Of a stretch of DNA of 64,000 nt, positions 13,436-26,160 are shown piece by piece. The DNA comes from Squalus acanthias. Its lineage: Eukaryota. The DNA is taken from NCBI GenBank assembly GCA_030390025.1, contig CM059425.1, forward strand, positions 175,400,001 to 175,464,000, read 5' to 3'. Position numbers and translations under genes: made by a program. The first letter of the stretch is position 1; every line of letters begins with the position of its first letter. The notes under the pieces were generated by a model. The model searched no databases, had not been told where the DNA came from, and saw only the letters and a list, made by a program, of their open reading frames with translations.

Positions 13436-14007
13436 CAGGTTGAGCGTCCAAAATCCGGAGTTCCGGACTCCGGAATGTTCTGGAATCCGGACTCCGGGAC
13501 GATTGGTGGCAGGGTTGTCCGGAATCCGTAAAATGTTCCGGAATCCGGAACTCCGGATTTTGGACGCTCAACCTGTACTTCAAAAAGCCATTAACTTTTT
13601 TTTTGAAAAATCCTATGAAAAGTGCGAGTGATGCAATAAAACTTTAGTGTTGTGTTTTATCCTCCTTAATCTGCACAGCTCCACTAAGTGTTTCCGCCAG
13701 GCTGCGGCCACGGCACCACGCTGCCCTGGTGGCCTAGTGTGGGCCATCGGATGCTCTGCAGAGCTCGCAGCGTCCCTCCCCTTTAACAGTAGGGGAGGGG
13801 CGGAGAAACGCGTCAGCGCTACGTGGAGCGGCCCAGGCATTTCCGGACTCGGAACGAGTTTCTGATGTCCGAAGTCCGGAAACGCCCGAGCCCAGGTTGC
13901 GATATTTCCGGACTTCGGACATCAGAAACACGTTCCGAAGTCTGGAAAAACACGAAAACCGGCTCGGCCTCGGTCCCGAGGTTGCCGGATTCAGGACACT
14001 GAACCTG
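13436..14007. mobile_element. Tigger/pogo-like (Tc1-mariner) MITE; palindromic unit 13436-13575 and second right end at 14007
   Basis: TA-flanked CAGGTTGAG...CTCAACCTG termini; repeated TCCGGA motifs; second ...GAACCTG-TA end. Confidence 0.7.
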
Positions 14008-14344
14008 TACTAACTCATCAAAAAAGTCGCCTTGTCTGAAGAATTCAAGGTATCGTGTTTATGTCTCAAGGCAAAATTCCAGTGAACATGGTGCAGTAAA
14101 AATTGATTTGATAGCAAATGAAACATTTTAATATTCTTAAGCAGCTGGTGACACAGTATGCTGAAAGAAGAAGGGACTCTCTTCACTGCTCCATAAACTT
14201 TTCACGTAGGACAATTGTAATCCTTTTTGGTTCATTCATTATAGACTGAATTGAACATATGTGCATTTGATGTAATTACTTCACCATTTATATCCCAAAG
14301 GGTGTATTATTTCTGACTCTTTCCTTGTTTTTTTTATCTATCAG

Positions 14345-14442
14345 GAATGCAGTGATGGAATAACACATCCTGTAACACTAGCTGAACTCAGAACATACAA
14401 TGACAGTGAACTTGCAGTTGAGTTAACAAATGCATTGAGGCG
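14345..14442 (+). CDS. MCC: MCC coding exon
   Basis: Polypyrimidine tract + tcag acceptor, gtgagt donor; ECSDGITHPVTLAELRTYNDSELAVELTNALR(R); phases fit the flanking exons; too short for the ORF track. Confidence 0.92.
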
Positions 14443-14537
14443 GTGAGTGGAGTTTATCAGATGAATGTGATTTCAGATGCATTAAACCATGTATGTACTT
14501 TTTACTTTTTAACAGCAGTGAACTACTATACTATTTA

Positions 14538-14712
14538 CGATAGCAAAATACTGCGGATGCTGGAAATCCGAAATAACAACAGAAAATGCTGGAAAAACTC
14601 AGCAGGCCAGGCAGCATCCGTGGTGAGAGAAACAGAGTTAAGTTAACTCTGTTTCTCTCTCCACGGATGCTGCCTGGCCTGCTGAGTTTTTCCAGCGTTT
14701 TCTGTTGTTTTT
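14538..14712. mobile_element. Penelope-type terminal-repeat foldback (67-bp arms)
   Basis: Arms 14575-14641 and 14643-14709; TACTATTTA duplicated at 14529-14537 and 14717-14725; related single-arm remnants at ~4966-5065 and ~5335-5440. Confidence 0.7.
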
Positions 14713-16289
14713 ACTTTACTATTTAGTTTTGTTTCTTGTCCTAAGTTAATTCTGTTGCCATAGAATGAATTTGTCACCATCATTCTAGGGTCAAATTTAG
14801 TACTGCAGTGTGCATGCAAACATTTTCTATGTCACACAATATTCCAGAGTATTGGTAGTATTTATCTGTTAAAAAATATATTTGATTCAAACAAATTGAG
14901 TTGCTAAAAGAAAAACAAAGCAAAAAATTGATTAGAAATGAATTTTTAAATTTTATTTTTGTTTCTATTAACTTTTTTGTCCCTGGAGAGGAAATCGCTG
15001 CAGCATTTGTGCTGCTCCATGTTAGGCAATTTCCTCCCATAAAATCCCTCTGGAATTCTGTCCCACTTGGCTTGAAAGCACATTGGAAGTCCATTTAAAT
15101 TACCTTTTTTGATCTAGCAAAGGAAAGCATTGACTTGTGCTGCTAAATAGAACAGAGTTCCTCAAGGCACAATGTGCAGGTGCCCATGCCAATGTTCCCT
15201 TAATTAATAGAATTCAGCTGCAAAGCAATATATTTGGATTTTTTTTTGTTTTCCCTATGTTTTGGGGCAAAAATTGCTGCTGTTTGATATTCTTCAAATT
15301 TTAAACAATAAATTATATGGTTCTCACCCTAAGCTTTGAAAGGCATATTTGCTATGCTAACATAGATATAATTTATTAAATTCTGCTTATTATTCCATAC
15401 TACATATGCAAATTGGGTTAATTACAAAGACTTGCCCAATAACTCCTGGGAGAATACTGGCAGTAAATGGTCCAGTATTAAACATGTGGGTACTTTGAAT
15501 TTGGCTTCAAGGTATAATGATGCATTATTAATTTTCTTAACACAACGGAACAATAATATAACTACATGCAAATTTTAAACCAGCCAGCTGTGCTGGGTAC
15601 ATTATCTTCAGGTTTGGTTATACTCCACAAGCTATGGATCCACATTATATGAGGTGGAGGATATAGAAAGGTTTCAACATATTAATTATGTATTTATACT
15701 GCTTTATTACCAAATTCCACAAAGCTAACAAATGTTTTAGTGGTTGGCTGAGCATGCAATACTGGATTCTGCAGATACTGGCCCGATTATTGTTTCAGTC
15801 TCCCCACGTTTATCTGTCTTCCTCAGAAAATTCCGCTGTGTTGCTGTTGATGACTAATATTTTAAATTCCTAAAACAGTTTTTAATTCAGCTAAAATAGT
15901 CTGATGCCAGTTAGATAGCAATAATGTCAGATTAATGCTAGTAACATTTTTCAAGCTCCATGTGCCTAACTTGCAAATATTGAACTGTTCTTTAGTTAAA
16001 TAAGCAGTACACAATATTTTAATTTCTATACATTTCTTTTAGGTCAGTTTTTAGGTATTGTTTCAGACAACTGACAGTAATAAGCCAGCCAATGTCAAGC
16101 CAATCCTGCTAGCTAGCTACATAGATATTAATATTCTGTTTAGTATTCCAAATGTATATTGGATTTGAATGTTAAATTTGCTGAATCGATTGTCTGGAAT
16201 TCTAAATACCTTAAATTCAGCAAACCTGCATTTGGTTGAGCCACATCAGACCTTATTACGAGATCAGAACCAAGTCAAATTCCATCACC

Positions 16290-17335
16290 TGCAATGGCTT
16301 CTCTTCCCGCTCCCACATCGTTACCTCCGGTGTCCCCCAAGGATCTTTCCTTGGCCCCTCCTATTTCTTATCTAACATGCTGCCCCTTGGCGACATCATC
16401 TGAAAACACAGCGTCAGTTTCCACATGTATGCTGACGACACCCAGCTTTACCTCACTACCTCTTCTCTCGACCCCTCCATGGTCTCTAAATTGTCAGACT
16501 GCTTGTCCGACATCCAGTTCTGGATAAGCAGAAATTTTCTCCAATTAAATATTGGGAAGACCGAAGACCAACTCCGTTCCCTAGCCACTGACTCCATCCC
16601 TCTCCCTAACATCTGTCGCAACCTTGGTGTCATATTTGACCCAGAAATGAGCTTCTGACCACATATCCGCGACATAACTACGACCGCCTATTTCCACCTC
16701 CGTAACATCCTTGCCTCAGCTCAACCGCTGCTGAAACCCTCAACTATACCGTTGTTACCATTAGACTTGACTATTCCAATGCACTCCTGGCTGGCCTCCC
16801 ACGTTCTACTCTACGTAAACGTGAGGTCATCCAAAACTCAGCTGCCTGTGTCCTAACTTGCACCAAGTCCCGTTCACCCATCACCCCTGTGCTCGCTGAC
16901 CTACATTGGCTCCCGGTTAAGCAACGCCTCGAGTTCAAAATTCTCATCCTTGTTTTCAAATCCCTCCATGGCCTCGCCCCTCCCTAACTTTGTAATCTCC
17001 TCCAGCCCCACAACCCCCCTGGAGATATCTGTGCTTCTCTAATTCTGCCCTCTTGAGCATCCCTGATTATAATCGCTCAACCATTGGTGGCCGTGCCTTC
17101 TGTTGCCTAGGCCCTAAGCTCTGGAATTCCCTGCCTAAACCTCTCTGCCTCTCTACCTCTCATTCCTCCTTTAAGATGTTCCTTAAAACCTACCTCTTTG
17201 ACCAAGCTTTTGGTCATCTGCCCTAATTTCTCCTTATGTGGCTCGGTGTCAAATTTTCTGTCTTATAATACTCCTGTGAAGCACCTTGGGACGTTTCACT
17301 ATGTTAAAGGCGCTATATAAATACAAATTGTTGTT
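16290..17335 (+). mobile_element. L2 LINE 3' part
   Basis: YADDTQLYL RT motif (ORF 16425..16658); L2 tail GTTAAAGGCGCTATATAAATACAAATTGTTGTTG. Confidence 0.9.
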
Positions 17336-18159
17336 GACATGCAGTGTTTATTTTTGTTAGTTTACCTTTAAAGTGTCATTCACAGTAGCAACCAATGCAA
17401 GTGAGGAGGAGGAGGAGAAAGGAAATACTGTGTGGGCATGCAAGGAAGGGAGGTGGCAGACATTTTTCACTCCCTGCTAAAAATAAAGACTGCCAGAGGC
17501 AATAGAACTGTTTGATTTGAAATGCATGCCACCGAGTAGCAGGCTTTGCATCATTTGTTTGGATGTTGGTGCTGGTATGACCCCTGCTGGCTGGTTTAAA
17601 ATGTGCATGTATTGTTACATGAACCTAAATGCAAATGTTTAAAGTTTTGACATACTGTATGAGAAACTTTATTTTAGAAATTATTGTTGGAGGTAGCTAT
17701 AGAAAAGAGTTTGATTCTGAAAAATACTAGCAGAACTCAAAAGTGGATAAATCACCAGGCCTAATAGCAGAGGTTCTGAACACGATATTTCAATGCTCCT
17801 TAAATATATAAATTGCACAAAGGGACTGATTGGTGGATAGGAAACAAAGGATTTGGTTTAATGGGTTTTGCTGATATTGAAGAGGGTTGGAAGTGGTGTA
17901 CCCTAAAACAGGAGGGACAATGTTGACTCCATCTTTGTTCTCTTTATCTAGTTGATTTGGACTTGGGTAAATGGAGCACAATATCAATGTTTGCTGATGA
18001 CACAATAGTAGGGGTTTTGGCAAACAATGAGGCCTGTGAAAGACTTCAGAAGGACAATGACCGGTTAGTGAATGGGCAGGCAGGTGGCAGATACAATTTG
18101 ATGTGGAAAGTTATGAGGTAATGCACTTTAGGCAGAAGAACAAGGTATGGAACCATAAC

Positions 18160-20560
18160 GACTTGCATTTATTTAGCACCTTTTAAAGTGGAAAGATATT
18201 CCAAGATGCTTCTCAGAGGTGTAATCAAAAAATTGGATGCCAAGCCAAATAAGTGAGATATTAGGGGGGTAACCAAAAGCTTAGTCAAAGAGGTGGGTTT
18301 TAAGGAGGGTCTCCATGGAGAGGGAGGTGGCAAAGCAGAAGGGTTTAGGGAAGAAATTTCAGAGCATGGGACCAAGACAGCTGAAGGCACGAGCAAAAGG
18401 GAACAGGGAGGCACAAGAGACCAGAATCAGATATATGGAGAGGGTGGCGGGGGCGGGGGGGGGTTGGTTATAGGGCTGGAGGAGCTTACAGATATAGGGA
18501 GGGGTGAGGCCATGAAGGGATTTCAATACAAGGATGAGAATATTAAATTTGAGGTGTTGGGGCACCAGGAGCCAATGTAAGTTAGCGAGGAAGGGTGGTG
18601 GGTTAGCAGGACTTGGTGCGGGATAGGATGCAAGCAGCAGAGCTTTGGATGAGCTGAAGTTGATGGAGGGTGGCGCATGAGAGGTCAGCCAGGAGAGCAT
18701 TAGATTGGCTGAGTCTGGAGGTGACAAAGACATGGATGAGGGTGTCAGCATCAGATAGGCTGAGGTAGGGACAGTGGCAGGTGATGCTACAGAGCTGGAA
18801 GTAGATTATCTTTGTGATGGAGAGCATATGGAACCAGAAGCTCAGCTTGGGGTTGAATAGGATGCCAAGGTTGCGAACGATCTGATTCAACCTGCGACAG
18901 TGGCTAGGGAGGGTGATGGAATTGGTGGTAAGGGTATGGAGTTAGTGGTGGGGGCAGAATCATAGAATCATGCAGCACAGAAGGAGGTCATTCAGTTCAT
19001 CATGCCATTGCCGGTTCTTCAAAAGAGCTATCCAATTAGCCCCACTCCCCTGTTCTTTCCTTATAGCTCTTTTTTTTCCTTTTCAAGTATTTATCCAATT
19101 CCCTTTTGAAAGTTATAATTGATTCTGCTTCCACCACCCTTTCAGGCAGTGCATTCCAGATCAGAACTCGCTGCGTAAAAAAAATGTTTCTTCATGGCTC
19201 TTTTGCCAGTTACCTTAAATCTGTGTTCTCTGATTACTGACCCTTCGACCACTGGAAACCGTTTGTTCTTATTTACTCTTATCAAAACCCTTCAAAATTT
19301 TGAACACCTCTATCAAATCTGCCTTTAACCTTCTCTGCTGTAAGGAGAACAGCTCCAGTTTCTCTAGTCTCTTCATGTAACTGAAGTCTTTCATCCCTGA
19401 TACCATTCTAGTAAATCTCCTCTGTACCCTCTCGAAGGCCTTGACATCTTTCCTAAAATGTGGTGCCCACAATACTCCAGCTGCGGTCTAACCAGTCTAT
19501 TATAAAAGTTTAGCATAACTTCCTTGCTTTTATACTCTATGCCTCTATTTATAAAGACAAGGATCCCATATGCCTTTTTAACAACCTTCTCAATGTATCC
19601 TGCCACCTTCAAAGACTTGTGTACATACACCCCCAGGTGTCTCTCTTCCTGCACCCCTTTAAAATTCTACCATTTAATGTATATTGCCTCTCATTCATCC
19701 TACCAAAATGAATCATTTCATATTTTTCTGTTAATTTTTTTCTGCCATGTGTCTGCCCATTTCACCAGTCTTTGTCCTCCTGCGGTCTGTTACTGTCCTC
19801 ACTGTTTACTACATATCAGAGTTTCATGTCATCTGCAAACTTTGAAATTATGCCTTGTATACCCAAGTCCAATCGAAATATATCAAAAAGAGCAGTGGTC
19901 CCAACACTGACCCCGGGGGACACCACTGCACACATCCTTCCAGTCTGGAAAAACAACTATTCACCACTACTCTCTGCTTTCTGTCCCTTAGCTAATTTCG
20001 TATCCACTCACCCACTGCCCCTTTAATCCCATGGGCTTCAATTTTGCCAACAAGTCTCATGTGGTACATTATCAAATGCCTTTTGAAAGTCCATATGCAC
20101 AACATCAACTGCACAACCCACATCCACCTTCTCGGTTACTTCATTAAAGAGCTCAATCAAGTTAGTCGAACACGATTTGCCTATAAAAAATCTGTGCTGG
20201 CTTTCATTTATTAACCTGAAGACAATGGCTTTGGTCTTCCCAATATTTATCTGGAGGGAATTGTGATTCATTCAAGACTGGATGTCGGGACAAGCAGTCT
20301 GACAATATAGAGACAGTGGAGGGGTCAAGAGAGGTGGTAGAGAGGTAGAGCTGAGTGTCATCAGCATACATGTGAAAGCTGACTGCATGTCTGTGGATGA
20401 TATTGCCAAGGTGCAGAATGTAGACGAGGAAGAGAAAAGGGCCTAGGATATGGATCCTTGAGGGAGTCTGGAGGTAATGATGTGAGGTGGGAAAATAAGC
20501 CATTGTTGGAGATGCTTTGGTTATAATTGGATTGACAAGAGTGGAACCAAGTGAGAGCAA
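18160..20560 (-). mobile_element. L2 LINE 3' part split by a CR1 insertion (~18958-20215, minus)
   Basis: Minus ORFs 18603..18890 and 20204..20803 carry L2 RT (FHMYADDTQLYLS); 19269..19654 carry CR1 RT (LVRPQLEYC, QRRFTRM). Confidence 0.85.
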
Positions 20561-20611
20561 ACTCAATAGAAAGATGCTGAAGGAACAGAGACCTAGGAGT
20601 GAAGATACATA

Positions 20612-21360
20612 GGGGGCGATTTTGTGAATGGGGGCGCGTTGGAGACGGGACTGCTGCTTGTCGGGTTTTAGTCCCGCCTCCATCGATTTGTGGCCAACCC
20701 ACGCTATTTTCCCTTGATTGACCTTGTTAAGCCCACCCAGCGGGCTTAGCAGGCCAATTAAGGGAAAGCCGGTTGCAGAGCACGTCACTGTATGACGTTT
20801 CATCTGTCAAAAATTTTTGACAGATGAATTGTCATCGTTTGACAGCTCTGTGAAGCTGTCAAACAGTGACATTCTCTGCAGTTTGATGAGGTCTTGTGAT
20901 GAGGTCTTGCATACAAGACCTCATCAACCTTCTTTCTTTTAAAGAAATGAGATAGCTGTTGCATCTGAGAATGCAACGGCCATCTCTCATCTGCAACACG
21001 GAGGTGCGAGACTCTCTGCATACAAACCGACTGAAGCCTGCAGGAAGAAACAAAGGTAAGTACACTTTTAAAAACACTTTGCACTTATCTCAGATACTCC
21101 TCTCTACACTCTTGCACCCATCACTTACCTTCACACCACACTTTTGCACCCCGCAGACCCAGTACTTGCCTCGATGAGCTGGCGTGTTCTGGAGCCTTCG
21201 GGAAGCCCGCACTTGTGAGGGCAAAAAGGGAATAATCCTATTTTCTGCCTGTTAACTACCTGTCCTAGGAAGATGGCATGGAGGCGGGTTGGGCACCCGC
21301 CCCCAAATTCTGCCATTTTCCTGGCAGTCCCGCCTCCCCAGGGCTGGCAAAATCGCCCCC
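20612..21360. mobile_element. Harbinger/PIF-type MITE inserted in a plus-strand CR1 fragment (~20570-21910)
   Basis: TIR GGGGGCGATTTT...AAAATCGCCCCC; perfect 3-bp TSD ATA (20609-20611, 21361-21363). Confidence 0.9.
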
Positions 21361-22093
21361 ATAGTTTTTGAAGGTTTGAGTACAGCTTGATCAAGCCAAT
21401 TAAAAAAAAAACACAATTTAGGGTTTTATAAATAGGAGTATAGAATAAAAAAGCAAATAAGTCATGCAAAATGTGTACAAGGCAATGATTAGGCCCTGGT
21501 AAGAGTACTATGTGCAGATTTAGGTGCCCCATTATAGAAAGGCCAAAGCCATAGAAGAGCGCACATCGTAAACTTACCAGGGACTAGAAACAATAGTTAT
21601 GAGAAGAAACCTAAGATGCTGGGACTATTTCCACCGAAGTAGAGAAGGCTGAGAGGAGATTTAATAGAGAGATTTAAAATTATGAAGGGTTTATTTGGGT
21701 GAACAGAGCAAAATTATTTCTTCTGTTTGGGTGGAAAGATAGAAAACAGGGTGTGGTTGAAAGAAGAGTAGATAAAAATTTGAAGTGGAGGCAGATACGG
21801 GGCTATGGGGAGAGAGCAGAGCAGTGGGATTAGTTTTGGATTGTTTTAACGAAGAGCCATCACAGGTATGATGGGTCAAATGTCTGCTTTCTATATTGTA
21901 AACTTTTACAGAATCCTTTACTACAAATGGTTGTTGAAGCCATGTCCAATCATTAGTGAGTGAAAAGAGCAAGGAAAACTGAGCTAGCATGGAAAGCTAA
22001 TACCAGCATAGGCATGATAGATTGAATGGTCTTTTTCTGTACCAAAATTTGCATTATTTTATTCTGTTTAATCTTGTGTTTTGGTTGACACAG

Positions 22094-22216
22094 AGAGAAA
22101 AAACTGAAATCTCGTGTGCAGGAATTGGTAACTGCTTTAGAAAGAATGACAAAAAGCAGTGAAGTGCGACATCAACAGTCTGCAGAGTTTGTTAATGATC
22201 TCAAAAGAGCAAACAG
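22094..22216 (+). CDS. MCC: MCC penultimate coding exon
   Basis: cacag acceptor, gtatgt donor; EKKLKSRVQELVTALERMTKSSEVRHQQSAEFVNDLKRAN(S). Confidence 0.95.
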
Positions 22217-22709
22217 GTATGTGATTTGGTACTGCAAAAGAATAGAACTGATATTTGAATGTGGTACTTTTCCTAGCAAAGCAGTTGATAATGTGTCATT
22301 TCAAGTCCTGCAAAATTAGCTGGTTGGGAGCAGGACTGTTGTTTTCAGGGATGGATATAAGCTGAGAATATCAAATACGAAGTTTAAATAGTGGCTATCA
22401 TCTAGACAGGTAGAATTACATGACAATTTTCATTTTCACAGCAATGTAAACCGTGTGAACTTAACCATCCCCGTGCTGTAAGGTCTCTTTTACACTGGAG
22501 CTTACTTAGATTCTGTGCGAATCTGTTCCACGAGCTGACTCCCCACATTTGCACTGCTGAATCCAGCTCCTTTGTCTCAGTGGCAGAATTGTAGACCCAG
22601 TGTTTCGTGGGTCTACAATTTTGCCCCTGTGATAATGGAACCTAATATAGTCATGTAAATAGCTCATGGATGACAGACCCAGAATCCAAACTAAACAAGT
22701 ACCCTTGCA

Positions 22710-23530
22710 AAAGCATAGAATGTACAGCACAGAAACAGGCCACATTCTCGCAACTCTGTGTAAAGAAATTCCTCCTAAATTCTTTATTTAATCTGTTAAT
22801 GGCTATGTTATATTTATATCCCCTTGTTCTGGACTCACCTACAAGTTAAAACAGTTTGTCTACATCCACCCTATCGAACCCCTTCATAATTTTAAAGATG
22901 AGGTCTCCTCTTAGTGTTCTCTTTTCCAGAAAATAGAGCCCCAACCTGCTCAATCTTTTCTCTCAATCCGTTTAGTTCTGGTAACATCCTTGTAAATCTT
23001 TTCTGAAGTTTCTCTGGTGCTTCAGTATTCTTTTTGTAGTATGGAGACCAGAATTTCACAGTGCTCCAAGTGTAGTCTAACCAAGGTTCGACATAAATTT
23101 AACATTTACCTCCCTGGTTTTGTATTCTATTCCTCTAGAAGTGAACCCCAGTACTTTGCTCTCTTTATGGCCTTATCAACTTGTGTTACTACTTTTAATG
23201 ATTTATGTATCAGTATTCCCAGATCTCTATGCTTCTCTAACCCATTTAGTTTCTTGCCTTCCAAGGAATAATTAGGATCCTTATTCCTCCTGCCAAAATG
23301 AACCACCTTACACTTAGCTGTATTGAATTTTATTTGCCATTTATCTGCCCACTCTGCAGGCCTGTTTATGTCTTCCTGTATTTTGGTGCAGTCCTCCACT
23401 TTATTAGCTATACCCCAAATTTGGTGGTATCTCCCAATTTTGACATCTTACCTCCATTTATGTATATGGTGAACAACAATGGTCCCAGCACGGATCTCTA
23501 CCAAACACCACTTCCCACTTTCTGCTAGTC
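22710..23530 (-). mobile_element. CR1 LINE fragment
   Basis: Minus ORF 23127..23399 WADKWQIKFNTAKCKVVHFGRRN. Confidence 0.85.
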
Positions 23531-23639
23531 CGATTCTCCCATAATCCATAGCAGCTCTACTGTTGTTGCACACTAGCATTTGTGTTTTCATTTCTTCTTT
23601 CTATCTATGTTTGTGCTTCTTGTCTTAATGTACATCATC

Positions 23640-24065
23640 TTGTGATTTCTCCAATATAAAAAATGAGATTTTCTTCTCTCTCACCACCTTTCCTGAAGGC
23701 ACTGCATCTTGCTCTGGTATAGTTCCCTGGGCACTGGCAGCTCTCTGGTACCTTGTCCATGTGCCATTTTTTGTGTGTGAGCCTAGACAATGGGTGTCAC
23801 CAGCCTATTTGGCCAAGCTTGATCTTGTTCACATCTGACATTGACACATTTCCAGTCAAGATAACAATCAAGAGCAGCAAGCCTGACTGATTTGCTTCTC
23901 TATGCCCATCTCTTCCTAGGGTGCTGAGGCCAGTTGTCGCAACCTAACTATTGTCATGGCCAATGTTCTACTGGTCAGTCAGCACAGACTACAAATAGGA
24001 CCCGAGAGCTTCTGGTCTGTATGGCTTTGTGCCACACGAAGCAGTGCCTCTACCCAATGGTGATA
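23640..24065 (-). mobile_element. Old tRNA-derived SINE
   Basis: Degenerate tRNA-like head at ~23980-24065 on the minus strand and a purine-rich tail near 23660-23700; recognised by pattern only. Confidence 0.45.
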
Positions 24066-24234
24066 AAGGGGGGGGGGAGGCAAACTTTCAAAAGAAGTTC
24101 TTATTTCTAATAGCACTTTTTTCTATATCTCAATTTAGGGGGACTGTATGTCACAGTGGGGGTTAGCACTCTGTCCTTTCACCTTTGAGACCTAATTTAG
24201 GTCAGTCTGATGGAAAGAAGGTTGTCCTGTGTAC

Positions 24235-26160
24235 CGGGTACGGTAGCATATTGGTTATGTTACTGGACTAGTAATCTAGAGGCTTGGACTAATGATCCAG
24301 AGACGTGAGTTCAAATCCCACCATGGCGGCTGGGAAATTTAAATTCAGTTAATTAAATAAATCTGGAATAAAAAGCTAGCATCAGTAATAAAACTATCGG
24401 ATTGTCATTAAAAACCCATCTGGTTCACTAATGTCCTTTAGAGAAGGAAATCTGCTGTTCTCACCTGGTCTGGCCTATATGTGACTCCAGACCCACAGCA
24501 ATGTGGTTGACTCTTAACTGCCCTCTGGAAATGCTCTAGCAAGCCACTCAGTTGTACCAAACTGCTACGAAAAACAAGAAAAATAAAACCGGACAGACCA
24601 CCGGCACCGGCTCCGGACACGACAATGGCACACCCAGCAAAGTCCTCCTCACTAACATCTGGGGACTTGTGCCAAAATTGGGAGAGTTGTCCCACAGACT
24701 AGTCAAGCAACAGCCTGACATAGTTATGCTCACGGAATCATACCTTTCAGCAAATGTTCCAGACTCCTCCATCACCATCCCTGGGTATGTCCTGTCCCAC
24801 TGGCAGGACAGACCCACCAGAGGTGGCGGCACAGTGGTATACAGTCAGGAGGGAGTGGCCCTGGGAGTCTTCAACATTGACTCTGGACCCCATGAAGTAT
24901 CATGGCTTCAGGTCAAGCATGGGCAAGGAAACCTCCTGCTGATTACCACCTACCGCACTCCCATAGCTGATGAATCAGTACTCCACCATGTTGAACACCA
25001 CTAAGAAGAAGCACTGAGGGTAGCAATGGCACAGAATGTACTCTGGGTGGGTAGCACCACTACTGGCCGAGTCCTGAAGGACATAGCTGCGAGATTGGGC
25101 CTGCAGCAGGTAGTGAGAAACAAAGGAAGATCGTTGTGGTTGTTGGAGACCAATCATCTCAGCCCCAGGACATTGCTGCAGGAGTTCCTCAGGGCAGTGT
25201 CCTCGGCCCAACCATCTTCAGTTGCTTCATCAATGATCGTCCCTGTATCATAAGGTCAGAAGTGGGGATGTTTGCAGATGATTGCACAGTGTTCAGTTCC
25301 ATTCACAACTCCTCTGATAATGAAGCAGTCCGTGCCCGCATGCAGCAAGACCTGGACGACATTCAGGCTTGGGCTGATAAGTGGCAAGTAACATTCGCGC
25401 CAGGCAATGACTATCTCCAACAAGCAAGAGTCTAACCACCGCCCCATGACATTCAACAGCATTACCATCGCCGAATCCCCCACCATCAACATCCTGGGGA
25501 TCACCATTGACCAGAAGTTTAACTGGACCAGCCACACACATACTATGGCCACAAGAGCAGGTCAGAGGCTGGGTATTCTGCGGCAAGTGTCTCACCTCCT
25601 GACTTCCCAAAGCCTTTCCACCATCTACAAGACACAAGTCAGGAGTGTGACGGAATACTCTCCACTTGACTGGATGAGTGCAGCTCCAACAACACACAAG
25701 AAGCTCGACACCATCCAGGACAAAGCAGCCTGCTTGATTCGCACCCCATCCACCACCTTAAACATTCATTTCCTCCACCACCGGTGCACTGTGGCTGCAG
25801 TGTGTACCATTTACTAGATGCACTGCAGCAACTCGCCAAGGCTTCTTCAACAACACCTCCCAAACCCACAACCTCTACCACCTAGAAGGACAAGGGCAGC
25901 AGGCGCATGGGAATATCATCACCTCCAAGTTTCCCTTCAAGTCACACACCATCCTAACTTGGCAATATATCGCCGTTCCTTCATTGTCGCTGGGTCAGAA
26001 TCCTGGAACTCCCCAACAGCACTGTGGGAGTACCTTCACCGCACGGACTGCAGCGGTTCAAGAAAGCGGCTCACCACCACCTTCTCGAGGGCAACTAGGG
26101 ATGGGCAATAAATGCTGGCCTTGCCAGCGACGCCCACATCCCAGGAACAAATAAGAAAAA
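24235..26160 (+). mobile_element. Internally deleted CR1-clade LINE with a tRNA-derived 5' head
   Basis: A box TAGCATATTGG 24244-24254, B box GAGTTCAAATCC 24307-24318; endonuclease ORF 24552..25004 (TNIWGL, DIVMLTESYL); RT 25136-25817 ([14 protein letters not shown]); A-rich tail. Confidence 0.85.

Noticed and set aside
750..26160. Inverted LINE pairs driving MCC circular RNA
   Set aside because: Opposite-orientation copies exist but are diverged, have closer partners within the same intron, and are expected by chance at this repeat density
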